Source of the DNA: Candidatus Woesearchaeota archaeon
Lineage (GTDB): Archaea; Nanobdellota; Nanobdellia; Woesearchaeales; DSVV01
Assembly: GCA_018661705.1 (NCBI GenBank)
Contig: JABJHR010000009.1
Coordinates: 29,746 to 93,745 of the forward strand
Direction: 5' to 3'
DNA: 64,000 nucleotides
A program made the position numbers and the translations under genes. Positions 9,158 through 17,743 of the stretch are shown here, piece after piece (position 1 is the first letter of the stretch; each line of letters starts with the position of its first letter). The notes under the pieces were generated by a model. That model made no database searches. It had not been told where the DNA came from and worked only from the letters and a program-made list of their open reading frames with translations.

Positions 9158-9232
9158 ATTGTTTAATTATAAACCATCCATTATTTGTTAATTTCTGTTA
9201 AAAATACCCATAAACAGTACAAAACCAAAAGG

Positions 9233-9240
9233 TTTATATA
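9233..9240 (+). promoter_or_regulatory. TATA box for the Lrp/AsnC gene
   Basis: TTTATATA lies 26-33 nt upstream of ATG 9266. Confidence 0.4.
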
Positions 9241-9265
9241 GTTGTTGGAACATATGTTCTTATTA

Positions 9266-9742
9266 ATGACAAAATCTGGAACAGTTAAAAAGGCACCAAA
9301 GCTAGATGATAAAGATCTAAAGATACTAGATTTATTAAAGGAAAATTCTGCTTATACAACGCGACAAATTGCCAAAAAGACTTTGTTGCCTGTAACAACA
9401 ATTCATAACCGTGTACAACGGCTAAAGCGGGAAGGGGTTATTAAGCGCTACACAATAGAACTAGACGCCACCATGGTTGGCAAAACAGTAGTTGCTTATA
9501 TATTGGTGAGTGCTGATCTAAAATATTTAAAGGAAAAGCACAAGACCCAATATGATCTCGCAAAAGAGATGAAAAAAATCTATTGCGTTGATAAGGTAGA
9601 TATTGTTACAGGGGGCACTGACCTTGTTGTTTTCTTAAGAGTCAGTAGCATACAAGAATTAGATGACAATTTACTTGGTAAAATACAATTAGTTGATGGT
9701 GTTGCCAACACCAGAACATTAGTTGTATTAAATGAAGGATAA
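9266..9742 (+). CDS. Lrp/AsnC family transcriptional regulator
   Basis: HTH (TTRQIAKKTLLPVTTIHNRVQRLKREGVIKRY) plus C-terminal RAM-like domain. Start set to ATG 9266 on TATA spacing. The track ORF begins at TTG 9242. Confidence 0.8.
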   Translation: MTKSGTVKKAPKLDDKDLKILDLLKENSAYTTRQIAKKTLLPVTTIHNRVQRLKREGVIKRYTIELDATMVGKTVVAYILVSADLKYLKEKHKTQYDLAKEMKKIYCVDKVDIVTGGTDLVVFLRVSSIQELDDNLLGKIQLVDGVANTRTLVVLNEG

Positions 9743-9790
9743 AATTCTTAGAAATTTTTTAGAAAAAGAAAAAAAAAGAAAAAACAAATC
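9743..9790. terminator. shared T-rich/A-rich spacer between convergent genes
   Basis: aaattcttagaaatttttt on the plus strand. The minus strand reads GTTTTTTCTTTTTTTTTCTTTTTCT after the 9793 gene stop. Confidence 0.35.
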
Positions 9791-9792
9791 AA

Positions 9793-10416
9793 TTAATTTT
9801 TAGTACCGAAATAGAAAAACTTATCGATACTTACGTCGTTACTTTCATATCCGCCTGTTCTTGGGTTATTACCCTCTTCAGCAGATCTTACTTGGTGATG
9901 TGGTTTGTTTTCTGGCTCTCGAACTTCTTGCACCGGATTCAAAGTAGTCTGCGCCCGTTCAATAGGGTGGGAGGGGTGCATCTCTTGTACAACAGGCTGT
10001 TGCGCCTCAACATTCACTGCTGTTTTTGATTCCATTTGTGCAAGTTGTTCTTGTAAATATGAAAATTTAATTTCTAAGCCCTTAATTGTTGCATTAAGAT
10101 TACTTATTTCTTGACCAAACATGTCACAAAACTTTTGAAGAATTGCTTCTGTTTGAGTTCTTGATAAAACATCAGTAGAACTTGCCTTTTGTTTTGTTTC
10201 TAAGATCATTTTTTGGCCATTACTTGAATGAACAACTTCCCATTCTTGTTTTTCATTAATTTTTAGACCCTCTAAATAATCTGTTTCTTGTTTCCCATTA
10301 ATTTCTCTTGCAAGATTTGCCGCATCCATTCTATTAGCTGCTAATCCATGCTTGTTTAGAGTACTTGCTAAACTATTCACTTTCTTTAATTTTGCAATAT
10401 TAATTACGTCTCCCAT
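9793..10416 (-). CDS. hypothetical protein (coiled-coil centre)
   Basis: 207-aa ORF with an ATG start. No motif recognised. Confidence 0.45.
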   Translation of the reverse strand: MGDVINIAKLKKVNSLASTLNKHGLAANRMDAANLAREINGKQETDYLEGLKINEKQEWEVVHSSNGQKMILETKQKASSTDVLSRTQTEAILQKFCDMFGQEISNLNATIKGLEIKFSYLQEQLAQMESKTAVNVEAQQPVVQEMHPSHPIERAQTTLNPVQEVREPENKPHHQVRSAEEGNNPRTGGYESNDVSIDKFFYFGTKN

Positions 10417-10621
10417 GTTATCACCCGTTTTTTTGTCTTTGTGTTACAGCCCAAATAATCAGTAAAAGCTATTAGTATATCTTTTCGTATATTGGTGTTG
10501 ATTATTAGCTCTTAGGTTATATATAAATGTTTCGATTTTTGAGGCGTTATAGAGAAATATTGAGCATTTAAGGCCCAAATTGGTCAAAAAATAGAGAAAA
10601 TTAGAAAATAGAATAACAAAG

Positions 10622-10629
10622 TTTAAATA
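10622..10629 (+). promoter_or_regulatory. TATA-like box for the PHP-domain gene
   Basis: TTTAAATA lies 25-32 nt upstream of ATG 10654. Confidence 0.35.
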
Positions 10630-10653
10630 GATAAGTACTACTCCTTAGTGATT

Positions 10654-12045
10654 ATGGTCGAAATAATTACAAAACACAATATACATACACACACTAATTT
10701 ATCAGATGGATCATTATCACCAAACAACTTAGTAAAGAGTGCAAGTAGAGAAGGATTGTATTTAATAGGAATATGTGATCATGCATTTACATCAAAAATA
10801 AAACCAAGAGATCAAGTAACTGAAAGACTTGAAATTTATTTAGAAGAATTGAGAAGAATACAAACATCACACCCAGATATAATTATTAAAGCCGGACTAG
10901 AAATTGATTCATCAACAGGATATGGAACTGCTCCCGCAGACCTACCATTTGATACACTTAATCAATTTGATTATCTTCTTTTTGAATATGTTCATACCCA
11001 ATCTGAGAGTTGGGGCAATGTTGGATTTAGAGATATTTCTGAACTCGTTGCCATTAGAAATAAACTTCAAATACCAGTTGGCTTAGCACATAATGATTTA
11101 CAAAAAAATTTTAAAGGAAAAGAAGAAGAGCTTGCAAAAATATTAGCAGATAATAATATTTTTGTCGAAATATGTGACGGAGAAAGAGGAAGAAATAACA
11201 GAGACGGCATGTATTATTTTGAACATTTCTCAGCATTCTTGTTAGAACAATTAGCTAAATATGATGTAAGGGTTGCAATTGGAACAGATACGCACAAAAG
11301 TGGAAATAGTTTAGCAGAAACAGAAAAAGCAACAGAATTTATCAAAAAACACGGATTAAAATATCCTGAATTAATTGAAGAAGATAGAATATTAGAAGTA
11401 AATTTAGCAAGACTTTATGATTTTGAGAAAAATCCTGAAAATTTTAATGAAAAAGAAATGAGAGATTTAAAAGAATATTTTGAAATCGCAATAAGTGTTT
11501 TTAGAGAAAGAAAGGACACAAGTTCTGTGGAAAGCCATTACGATAATATAAAAGACGGATTAGATGCCACAATTACTGGTAAAAATGAGAGAATTGCAAA
11601 AGAATTAAAACCATTAAATGACTTAAAGGACAGAGTTGCTGAACTTGAAGCAGAATTAGCAGAAAAAGAAACAGCATATCAAACAGGAGTAGCAAAATAT
11701 GAAAAAAAATTAGGGGAAATTCAAGCACAGATTGCAGAATTCAAAACATACCTTGAAAGAGGAACTATTCCAGATCCAAGAAGAATTGCAATAAGAGCAA
11801 ATCTCCCAGGAAATAAAAACACATCTTTCAACAGAGTATTTTTAGAAACATATATGGGAGAAGATTTATCAGCTATTCCTGACGACCAATTACCAAAAGT
11901 CACTGAGTTAGGAACATTTAAGACATTAGATGGAAAACAAGTTATTGCTTATTCTATTTTTGATCAAGTTGTTCATGTAAAAAATGGAAAAGAGAAAAAA
12001 GGAAGAATGGATGTAGAGATATTATATTTACAAGAACAAAAATAG
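10654..12045 (+). CDS. PHP-domain metal-dependent phosphoesterase fused to a coiled coil and an uncharacterised C-terminal domain
   Basis: N-terminus HTHTNLSDGS...GICDH is PHP/histidinol-phosphatase-like. The C-terminal roughly 95 aa (PDPRRIAIR..FNRVFLETY.G.DLSAIPD..LPKVTEL) recur in the next gene. Confidence 0.7.
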   Translation: MVEIITKHNIHTHTNLSDGSLSPNNLVKSASREGLYLIGICDHAFTSKIKPRDQVTERLEIYLEELRRIQTSHPDIIIKAGLEIDSSTGYGTAPADLPFDTLNQFDYLLFEYVHTQSESWGNVGFRDISELVAIRNKLQIPVGLAHNDLQKNFKGKEEELAKILADNNIFVEICDGERGRNNRDGMYYFEHFSAFLLEQLAKYDVRVAIGTDTHKSGNSLAETEKATEFIKKHGLKYPELIEEDRILEVNLARLYDFEKNPENFNEKEMRDLKEYFEIAISVFRERKDTSSVESHYDNIKDGLDATITGKNERIAKELKPLNDLKDRVAELEAELAEKETAYQTGVAKYEKKLGEIQAQIAEFKTYLERGTIPDPRRIAIRANLPGNKNTSFNRVFLETYMGEDLSAIPDDQLPKVTELGTFKTLDGKQVIAYSIFDQVVHVKNGKEKKGRMDVEILYLQEQK

Positions 12046-12074
12046 ATTGATACTACTCTTTATTAAGGATTAAA

Positions 12075-12659
12075 ATGGACGATGAAATGATGTTAATTGT
12101 AATGTACCTTAGAGACATTCCTGAACTACCAGAAGATTATGATGTTATAAAAGAATTAGATACATCAATAGCAGAAGATGTTAACAGAGCAATGGAGCTC
12201 AATAATGAGTTAAAATCAGAAGACGATCCAGTACCAGAAGGATTAAGAGAAATGGTAGAACATATGAGCGAATATTCTGCAGGTTGTGGTAAAGAAAAAA
12301 TGTTATATAAAGCCGCAATCCTACAAAGAGATGAAGAAATTGAAAGATTAAAAGATGAACTATCTGCTTATAAAGAAGGGCCAGTTCCTGATCCAAGAAG
12401 AATTGCAATAAGAATAGAACCACCAAAAACACTTTTTGGGAGTTTAGAACCTGCTTTTAACAGAGTTTTTTTAGAAACATATTTTGGAGGAGATTTATCA
12501 GCAATCCCTGACCATGAATTACCAAAAGTTACTGAACTTGAAACTTTAAAAACCCCAGAGGGTGAAAAAGTTTCAGTATACGAAATTAGAGATAAAGTTG
12601 CTCAAGAAAGAGATGGAAAAGAAACTGGAATTCAGATATTATATTTAAAGAAATCATAA
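12075..12659 (+). CDS. hypothetical protein sharing the C-terminal domain of the PHP protein
   Basis: 194 aa. Acidic N-terminus, coiled coil, then PVPDPRRIAIR..FNRVFLETYFGGDLSAIPDHELPKVTEL. AAGGA 6 nt before the ATG suggests co-transcription. Confidence 0.6.
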   Translation: MDDEMMLIVMYLRDIPELPEDYDVIKELDTSIAEDVNRAMELNNELKSEDDPVPEGLREMVEHMSEYSAGCGKEKMLYKAAILQRDEEIERLKDELSAYKEGPVPDPRRIAIRIEPPKTLFGSLEPAFNRVFLETYFGGDLSAIPDHELPKVTELETLKTPEGEKVSVYEIRDKVAQERDGKETGIQILYLKKS

Positions 12660-12715
12660 ACTTTTTAATATAAAATTCTAAAATTATTTAAACCCTAAAT
12701 GTAATCATTGTTATT

Positions 12716-13321
12716 ATGAAACTAATATCACAAGGAGCAGAAGCTAAAATATATTTAACTAAAAATAAAATAGTTAAAGATAGAATTAGAAAAGATTACA
12801 GAATTAAAGAAATAGATGATAAACTAAGAGGATTTAGAACAAGAAGAGAAGCAAAGATATTAGATAAGTTACATAAGTTTGGTTTTGTTCCAAAAGTATT
12901 ACATAATGATAAAAAAGAAAAGCTAACTATTGAATATATTGAAGGTCCAAAAGTTAGAGATATTCTTGATAAGTTATTTATTAAAGATAAAAAGAAATGT
13001 TTTGCAATTTGTAAAGATCTTGGAAAGAAAATAAGATTAATGCATGATAATAATATTGTTCATGGTGATTTAACCACAAGTAATATGATGTTATTAGACA
13101 ACAAAGTTTATTTTATTGATTTTGGTCTTAGCCAAGTTTCAACAAAAAATGAAGATAAAGCAGTTGATTTACATTTATTAAAACAAGCATTAGAAAGCAA
13201 ACACTATAAAATATGGGAAGCATGCTTTAAAGTAATTGCAAAAGCATATGGCCATAAAGAAATTCTAAATAGATTAGAGAAAGTTGAATCTAGAGGAAAG
13301 TATAAAGGAAAAGGAAGTTAA
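12716..13321 (+). CDS. bud32: Kae1-associated serine/threonine kinase Bud32
   Basis: 201 aa. GAEAKIY glycine-loop equivalent, HGDLTTSNMM catalytic loop, IDFGLS. Confidence 0.85.
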   Translation: MKLISQGAEAKIYLTKNKIVKDRIRKDYRIKEIDDKLRGFRTRREAKILDKLHKFGFVPKVLHNDKKEKLTIEYIEGPKVRDILDKLFIKDKKKCFAICKDLGKKIRLMHDNNIVHGDLTTSNMMLLDNKVYFIDFGLSQVSTKNEDKAVDLHLLKQALESKHYKIWEACFKVIAKAYGHKEILNRLEKVESRGKYKGKGS

Positions 13322-13362
13322 ACAATTAGATTTAAATTTGTCAAATACTAAAAACAGAATAA

Positions 13363-14085
13363 CTAATTTTTAAAATCGTCGTGGTCTTCATCCCTTTCTT
13401 TAGGTGGTTCAACAAACCAATCTTTGTCAATTGGAGTTTTAAGTTCATTAATATTTTTTAGTAGATTAATTTCAACAAAATCTGATTTTGGTTTGTCTTC
13501 TATTAATTCAATTTTAACTACAGATACTGGTTCTGGAGCAGGTTCCTTCTTTGGCAAAGGTGGAGAATGTGGATCTACTTGAATATCTTGTAATCTTTTT
13601 AGAACTGCAAAATGTGAATAGTCTGTTAATCTATAAGTTCTATCACCCTTAGATGTAAACCCATTTCTTGGTGGATTGTATCCCGTTGAACCATCATAAT
13701 TTGGATGTTCATGAGAAATTGTTACTTTACCAACGCCTTCCCCAACCAAAAAACCAGCAATTTGTTCTTCTTCAGATTTATACAACAAAACAACATCACC
13801 AACATCTGCTTCAATTCTTTTATTATCTAATGGTTGAAGTTCTTCCCAACCCATAAGAGCGTAATACTCATACTTTTTTAAAGCATATTTACGATCGCCC
13901 TGAATAAATCTATCAATAAGTGTTGTTGTACGATTTTCTTTTTGATGAGAAATACGTATCTTATCAGGCATTCGTTTATCTACAAAGCCAGCAACAGATG
14001 GACTATATCCTTTTCTATAGCTTTCTTTGTATAAAGCTACAACATCATCAACATTTACTCCCTTCATAGTATCTTGTATACCCAT
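13363..14085 (-). CDS. hypothetical protein
   Basis: The track ORF starts at TTG 14097. The first ATG is 14085. No motif recognised. Confidence 0.45.
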   Translation of the reverse strand: MGIQDTMKGVNVDDVVALYKESYRKGYSPSVAGFVDKRMPDKIRISHQKENRTTTLIDRFIQGDRKYALKKYEYYALMGWEELQPLDNKRIEADVGDVVLLYKSEEEQIAGFLVGEGVGKVTISHEHPNYDGSTGYNPPRNGFTSKGDRTYRLTDYSHFAVLKRLQDIQVDPHSPPLPKKEPAPEPVSVVKIELIEDKPKSDFVEINLLKNINELKTPIDKDWFVEPPKERDEDHDDFKN

Positions 14086-14190
14086 AGTAATCCCCAATAC
14101 AGTAAAAGAACACAGGTTTATTTATAAGGTTTTTGCTCATTTACTACTTAAAAGAGGACACTTAATTAACCCATTTATGAGTACCATAAA

Positions 14191-14198
14191 CTATATAA
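14191..14198 (+). promoter_or_regulatory. TATA box for ribK
   Basis: CTATATAA lies 24-31 nt upstream of ATG 14222. Confidence 0.4.
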
Positions 14199-14221
14199 GT
14201 AACCATTTCTCACAGAAATAC

Positions 14222-14911
14222 ATGGAAAAAGAGAGTAAATTAGAAGGAAACATCCAACACATACCTTTATTGTTATATTTATCACAAAAGTTAGGATTAA
14301 GTAAAACAGATATTCTTAGTACAACTGATATTGCTAAAGATATGAATTTTTCCCAGCAGACCGCATCTAGAAAAATGCAGGAATTAGAAGAACTAGGATT
14401 TATTAAAAAACAATACTCACCAAATGGTTTAATGATTGGGTTAACTGATAAAGCAACTGAAGTGTTAAAAGCAAATTATTCACATCTAAAAAATATATTT
14501 GAAGAATCAAAATCAAAAAAACCAGTAAAAATTCAAGGTGCAATTCTTTCTGGGATTGGTGAAGGCAAGTTTTATGTGCAAATTAAGAATTATAATGAAG
14601 CATTTACAAAACTATTAGGAGAAAAACCATTTCCAGGAACATTAAATGTAATTTTTGACAAAGACGAATTTAGAGAATTAATTCTAAAAAAAGAATTAGT
14701 AAGAATTGAAGGGTTTAAAACAAAAGAAAGAACTTTTGGTTATATTAATTGCTATAAAATTACAATCCAAAAAAATAATAAAAAAGTTTTAGGATTTATC
14801 ACAATACCTGAAAGAACTTCTCATCCAGAACATATTGCAGAAATCATATCACCAACATATTTACGTAGAGAATTTAATCTAAAAGATAATGATAAGATCG
14901 AGATAGTTTAG
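14222..14911 (+). CDS. ribK: CTP-dependent riboflavin kinase with N-terminal winged-helix domain (RbkR-like architecture)
   Basis: wHTH (TDIAKDMNFSQQTASRKMQELEELGFIKK) plus archaeal RibK domain (GEGKFYV..PFPGTLN). The track ORF extends upstream to 14027. ATG 14222 fits the TATA spacing. Confidence 0.8.
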   Translation: MEKESKLEGNIQHIPLLLYLSQKLGLSKTDILSTTDIAKDMNFSQQTASRKMQELEELGFIKKQYSPNGLMIGLTDKATEVLKANYSHLKNIFEESKSKKPVKIQGAILSGIGEGKFYVQIKNYNEAFTKLLGEKPFPGTLNVIFDKDEFRELILKKELVRIEGFKTKERTFGYINCYKITIQKNNKKVLGFITIPERTSHPEHIAEIISPTYLRREFNLKDNDKIEIV

Positions 14912-14930
14912 ATTATTTTAATTAATAAAA

Positions 14931-15029
14931 GGAAATTCAACAACCTGGCCAGATGAGGCGAAGCTGAATAGGATTTTTTGAGCAGAGCGAAAAAAGTCCG
15001 TCTGTGCCATAGTTGTTGTTGAATTCTCC
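14931..15029 (+). repeat. Y-family element, copy B
   Basis: GGCCAGATGA-[GGC GAA GCT]-GAATA-[GGATTTTTT..AAAAAAGTCC]-GTCTGTGCC with flanks GGAAATTCAACAAC / GTTGTTGAATTCTCC. Lies in the ribK-ribC spacer. Confidence 0.75.
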
Positions 15030-15048
15030 GTCAAAAGATTTACAAAAA

Positions 15049-15531
15049 ATGACACACACAATAGGGATTGCAGATACTATGTTTAGTAGAATTGACATGC
15101 ATGAGATAGCTAAAAAAACAATTGAAGACTCTGAAGAATCAATTAAGATTGAAAGATATACAGTTCCAGGAGTTAAAGATCTGCCATTAGCTTGCAAAAA
15201 GTTATTAGAAGAACATAATTGTGATATTTGTTTAGCACTTGGAATGCCAGGTCCTGAAAAAATAGATAAAACTTGTGCACATGAAGCATCACAAGGATTA
15301 ATCTCAACGCAATTAATGACTAACAAACATATTTTAGAAGTTTTTATACATCTCGATGAAGGAAATAATAAAGAAGGAGTTATCGACAAAAAGAAACTTC
15401 AAGAAATAACTCAAAACCGAGTTTATGATCACACAATAAATGCAATTGCATTATTAAAAAGTAAAACAGCATTATCAAATAAAGCTGGCCAAGGAATCAG
15501 ACAAGGCCATGATAATGTAGGATCATTATAA
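15049..15531 (+). CDS. ribC: archaeal-type riboflavin synthase
   Basis: IGIADTMFSRIDM..TVPGVKDLPLACKKLLEE..ALGMPG..CAHEAS.GL...QLMTNKHI matches the Methanocaldococcus-type enzyme. Start at ATG 15049. Confidence 0.85.
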   Translation: MTHTIGIADTMFSRIDMHEIAKKTIEDSEESIKIERYTVPGVKDLPLACKKLLEEHNCDICLALGMPGPEKIDKTCAHEASQGLISTQLMTNKHILEVFIHLDEGNNKEGVIDKKKLQEITQNRVYDHTINAIALLKSKTALSNKAGQGIRQGHDNVGSL

Positions 15532-15533
15532 TT

Positions 15534-15624
15534 AAAAAAATAAAACAATATGGCCAGATGAGGCGAAGCCGAATAGGACTTTGGAACAAAGTCCGTCTGT
15601 GCCGTTATTGTTGTTTTATTTTTC
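15534..15624 (+). repeat. Y-family element, copy C
   Basis: GGCCAGATGA-[GGC GAA GCC]-GAATA-[GGACTTTG GAA CAAAGTCC]-GTCTGTGCC with flanks AAAAAAATAAAACAATA / TTATTGTTGTTTTATTTTT. Lies in the ribC-ribH spacer. Confidence 0.75.
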
Positions 15625-15648
15625 ATATACAAATCAAAAAAGTAACAA

Positions 15649-15653
15649 GGAGG
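15649..15653 (+). promoter_or_regulatory. Shine-Dalgarno-like site for ribH
   Basis: GGAGG lies 9 nt upstream of GTG 15663. Confidence 0.5.
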
Positions 15654-15662
15654 AAAATTAAA

Positions 15663-16079
15663 GTGACAAACGAAAAAATTGGAATTGTAGTATCAGACTT
15701 TAACGCTGAAATAACACATATAATGGAAAAGTTAGCAAATGAACATGTAAACTTTTTAGGTGGGCAAGTTGTAAAAACAATTCATGTCCCAGGTGCATTT
15801 GACATGCCATTAGCAGTGAAAAAACTAGTAGAAGATGCAAATGTAGATGGAGTTGTAACATTAGGAGTTGTTATTGAAGGAGACACTGATCATGATACTA
15901 TCGTTGCACAAAACGCAGCAAGAAAAATAACAGATCTTAGCGTTGGTTTTAATAAACCAGTTTCATTAGGAATTTCAGGTCCTAAAATGAGTCGGGCAGA
16001 TGCAGTTAAAAGACTAGATGGCTACGCAAAAAGATCAGTAGAAAGTTGTTTTAAAATGTTAAAAGCAATGAAAGCATAA
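15663..16079 (+). CDS. ribH: 6,7-dimethyl-8-ribityllumazine synthase
   Basis: KIGIVVSDFN..VPGAFDMP typical of RibH. GTG start after GGAGG. The upstream part of track ORF 15558.. merely translates the Y element. Confidence 0.85.
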   Translation: MTNEKIGIVVSDFNAEITHIMEKLANEHVNFLGGQVVKTIHVPGAFDMPLAVKKLVEDANVDGVVTLGVVIEGDTDHDTIVAQNAARKITDLSVGFNKPVSLGISGPKMSRADAVKRLDGYAKRSVESCFKMLKAMKA

Positions 16080-16103
16080 TTAGTTTATAAGTTTAATAAA
16101 AAA

Positions 16104-16724
16104 ATGCAACAAATAATCTCAGAACTAAAATCTGGCAATTTCGTTATTGTTACAGACCACAAAAACAGAGAAGATGAAGCAGACTTAATCATGGCTGCAG
16201 AGTTTATTACTCCAGATAAGATTGCATTCCTATTAGATCATTGTAGTGGAATTATTTGCGTTCCAATGAGCAAGAAGAGAATCCAAAAGATTGGAATTCC
16301 AATAATTGAAAATATTACTGAAATTATAAACAAGGGAGAGAAAACCTGTCCATTTACAGTTGCAGTTGATGCAAAAGAATGTCATACAGGTATTAGTGCA
16401 TATGATCGTTTTTTAACAATCAAAAAACTCTGCGATGATAATGCAACAATTAGTGATTTCTCACTTCCTGGCCATATGTTTCCTTTATCTGCACATCCAA
16501 ATGGTTTAGCAGAAAGAAAAGGACATACAGAAGCAGGTGTTGAATTAATGAAAATTGCAGGATTAAAAGAAGTTTCAGTTATTTGTGAATTAATGAACAG
16601 TTCTGCAAATACAAATGATAAAGAAAAATTAGGAACAGTAATGAAAGCACAAGATATAAAAGAATTCTCTGAAAAACACAACCTAAAAGTAATAAGTATA
16701 GAAGATATAACACAAAAAAATTAA
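16104..16724 (+). CDS. ribB: 3,4-dihydroxy-2-butanone 4-phosphate synthase
   Basis: REDEADLIMAAE, PGHMFPL and GHTEAG motifs. Confidence 0.9.
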   Translation: MQQIISELKSGNFVIVTDHKNREDEADLIMAAEFITPDKIAFLLDHCSGIICVPMSKKRIQKIGIPIIENITEIINKGEKTCPFTVAVDAKECHTGISAYDRFLTIKKLCDDNATISDFSLPGHMFPLSAHPNGLAERKGHTEAGVELMKIAGLKEVSVICELMNSSANTNDKEKLGTVMKAQDIKEFSEKHNLKVISIEDITQKN

Positions 16725-17614
16725 ATTAAATCAGCATTACCAACAAATTCCATTCTCTTTACTTCTATTGATATAGCAGGTTCATTTACACGGATATATC
16801 GAGGACATTCTGTGAATTCTAATTCATTAAGATCACAATATTTTTTTATCTCACTTTCTGCTTTTTTAGTTTTTGCTTCAACAACTACAACAATTCCTCT
16901 TTTATCAGAATGAAATACATTAAGGCCCATTTCAATTAATTCTTTTTTCATTTGATTACAAGTTTCTTCTAAAAATATTAATCTTTCATGAGCTAATTTA
17001 ATTTTTCCTAATAATTGTTCTTCATCTAAATCTTTAGGACTAACTTTTTCATTGATCTTGTCTGCAGATTCAATTATTTCAATAACTTTTTTATCTTTTG
17101 CAGAGATAAACCCACCTTGTTTATTATCCACGACTTTCCACTTCCCAAAACTACAAAGAATAATATCTGCTAATTTGCCGTTACAAAGTTTGTCATCTCC
17201 AAAAGCATTTGTATCTTCTATTAAAAGAATATTATGTTTCTTACAAACATCAGAAATCCCTTTAAGATCTTGTTCTGCATAATACCCCGCATAGCTTGTA
17301 ATTAATAATGCAGTTTTCTTCTTAACTTTTTTACAAACTTTTTCTAACTCATCTAAGATAACTAAACCCTTATCTGTCTTCAATTCAATAATCCCTAACT
17401 TCATTTTCTTAGGATATTGTTTGTAAGTAATCCAACCACCTTGATCAGGAATAATAATTTGTTCATAACCTTCTTGTTTAAGATAATACATGGCTGCGTA
17501 AATTGCTTTATTTCCAGAATCTGTTAATTTAATATATTTATGATTAGTTTGTTTCTTAATCTCAGACAAGATTTCTTTCTGAGTTGGATTTATTATTTGA
17601 TTTCCAGCAACCAT
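16721..17614 (-). CDS. PLP-dependent transferase-like protein (fold type I; DegT/MJ0158-like)
   Basis: T.SGNKAI.., IEDTNAFG, CSFGKWK (candidate PLP lysine). ATG 17614 preferred over the track TTG at 17656. Confidence 0.45.
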   Translation of the reverse strand: MVAGNQIINPTQKEILSEIKKQTNHKYIKLTDSGNKAIYAAMYYLKQEGYEQIIIPDQGGWITYKQYPKKMKLGIIELKTDKGLVILDELEKVCKKVKKKTALLITSYAGYYAEQDLKGISDVCKKHNILLIEDTNAFGDDKLCNGKLADIILCSFGKWKVVDNKQGGFISAKDKKVIEIIESADKINEKVSPKDLDEEQLLGKIKLAHERLIFLEETCNQMKKELIEMGLNVFHSDKRGIVVVVEAKTKKAESEIKKYCDLNELEFTECPRYIRVNEPAISIEVKRMEFVGNADLI

Positions 17615-17743
17615 AAAAACAAAAAAGACTAATTGGTATAAATACTTTTTGTGCAAAAATCACCACAACCAGGTAATACATCTGCACCAATTAGTTAATT
17701 CTTTTCCATTATATTTAAAAACCCATCTGCATTTCCCTGGCTA

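Noticed and set aside
14937-15389. There are many long antisense or shadow ORFs in the track. Examples are 1009..1317, 4963..5862 set, 7607..8290, 14937..15389, 18788..19210, 19828..20142, 36264..36527, 47040..47525, 51843..52259, 54764..55201 and 57721..58062.
   Set aside because: Each lies opposite or out of frame within a gene carrying strong family motifs. Their products are low-complexity (Leu/Ile/Phe/Ser-rich), as expected for AT-rich antisense frames.
15552-15603. The Y-family core resembles a hammerhead ribozyme: CAGAUGAG-[hairpin]-CGAAU-[hairpin]-GUC against consensus CUGAUGAG-[II]-CGAAA-[III]-GUC.
   Set aside because: Invariant U4 is A in every copy. The 15.1/15.2 positions are UA rather than AC, so they cannot pair with the GU of the GUC triplet. 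Three unpaired nucleotides (UGU) would separate the cleavage site from helix I. Copies A and D also alter the GAA/AUGA core. CAGA pairing with UCUG as plain helix explains the sequence better. The topology is still a three-way junction, so a cleavage assay would be cheap.
14931-15624. Y-B and Y-C could be FMN (RFN) riboswitches, because they precede ribC and ribH.
   Set aside because: The same element occurs next to ham1, pdxS/T, rps8e and a PUA gene. It is about 55 nt in its core, against about 140 nt and six helices for RFN, and it lacks the RFN conserved segments I remember.
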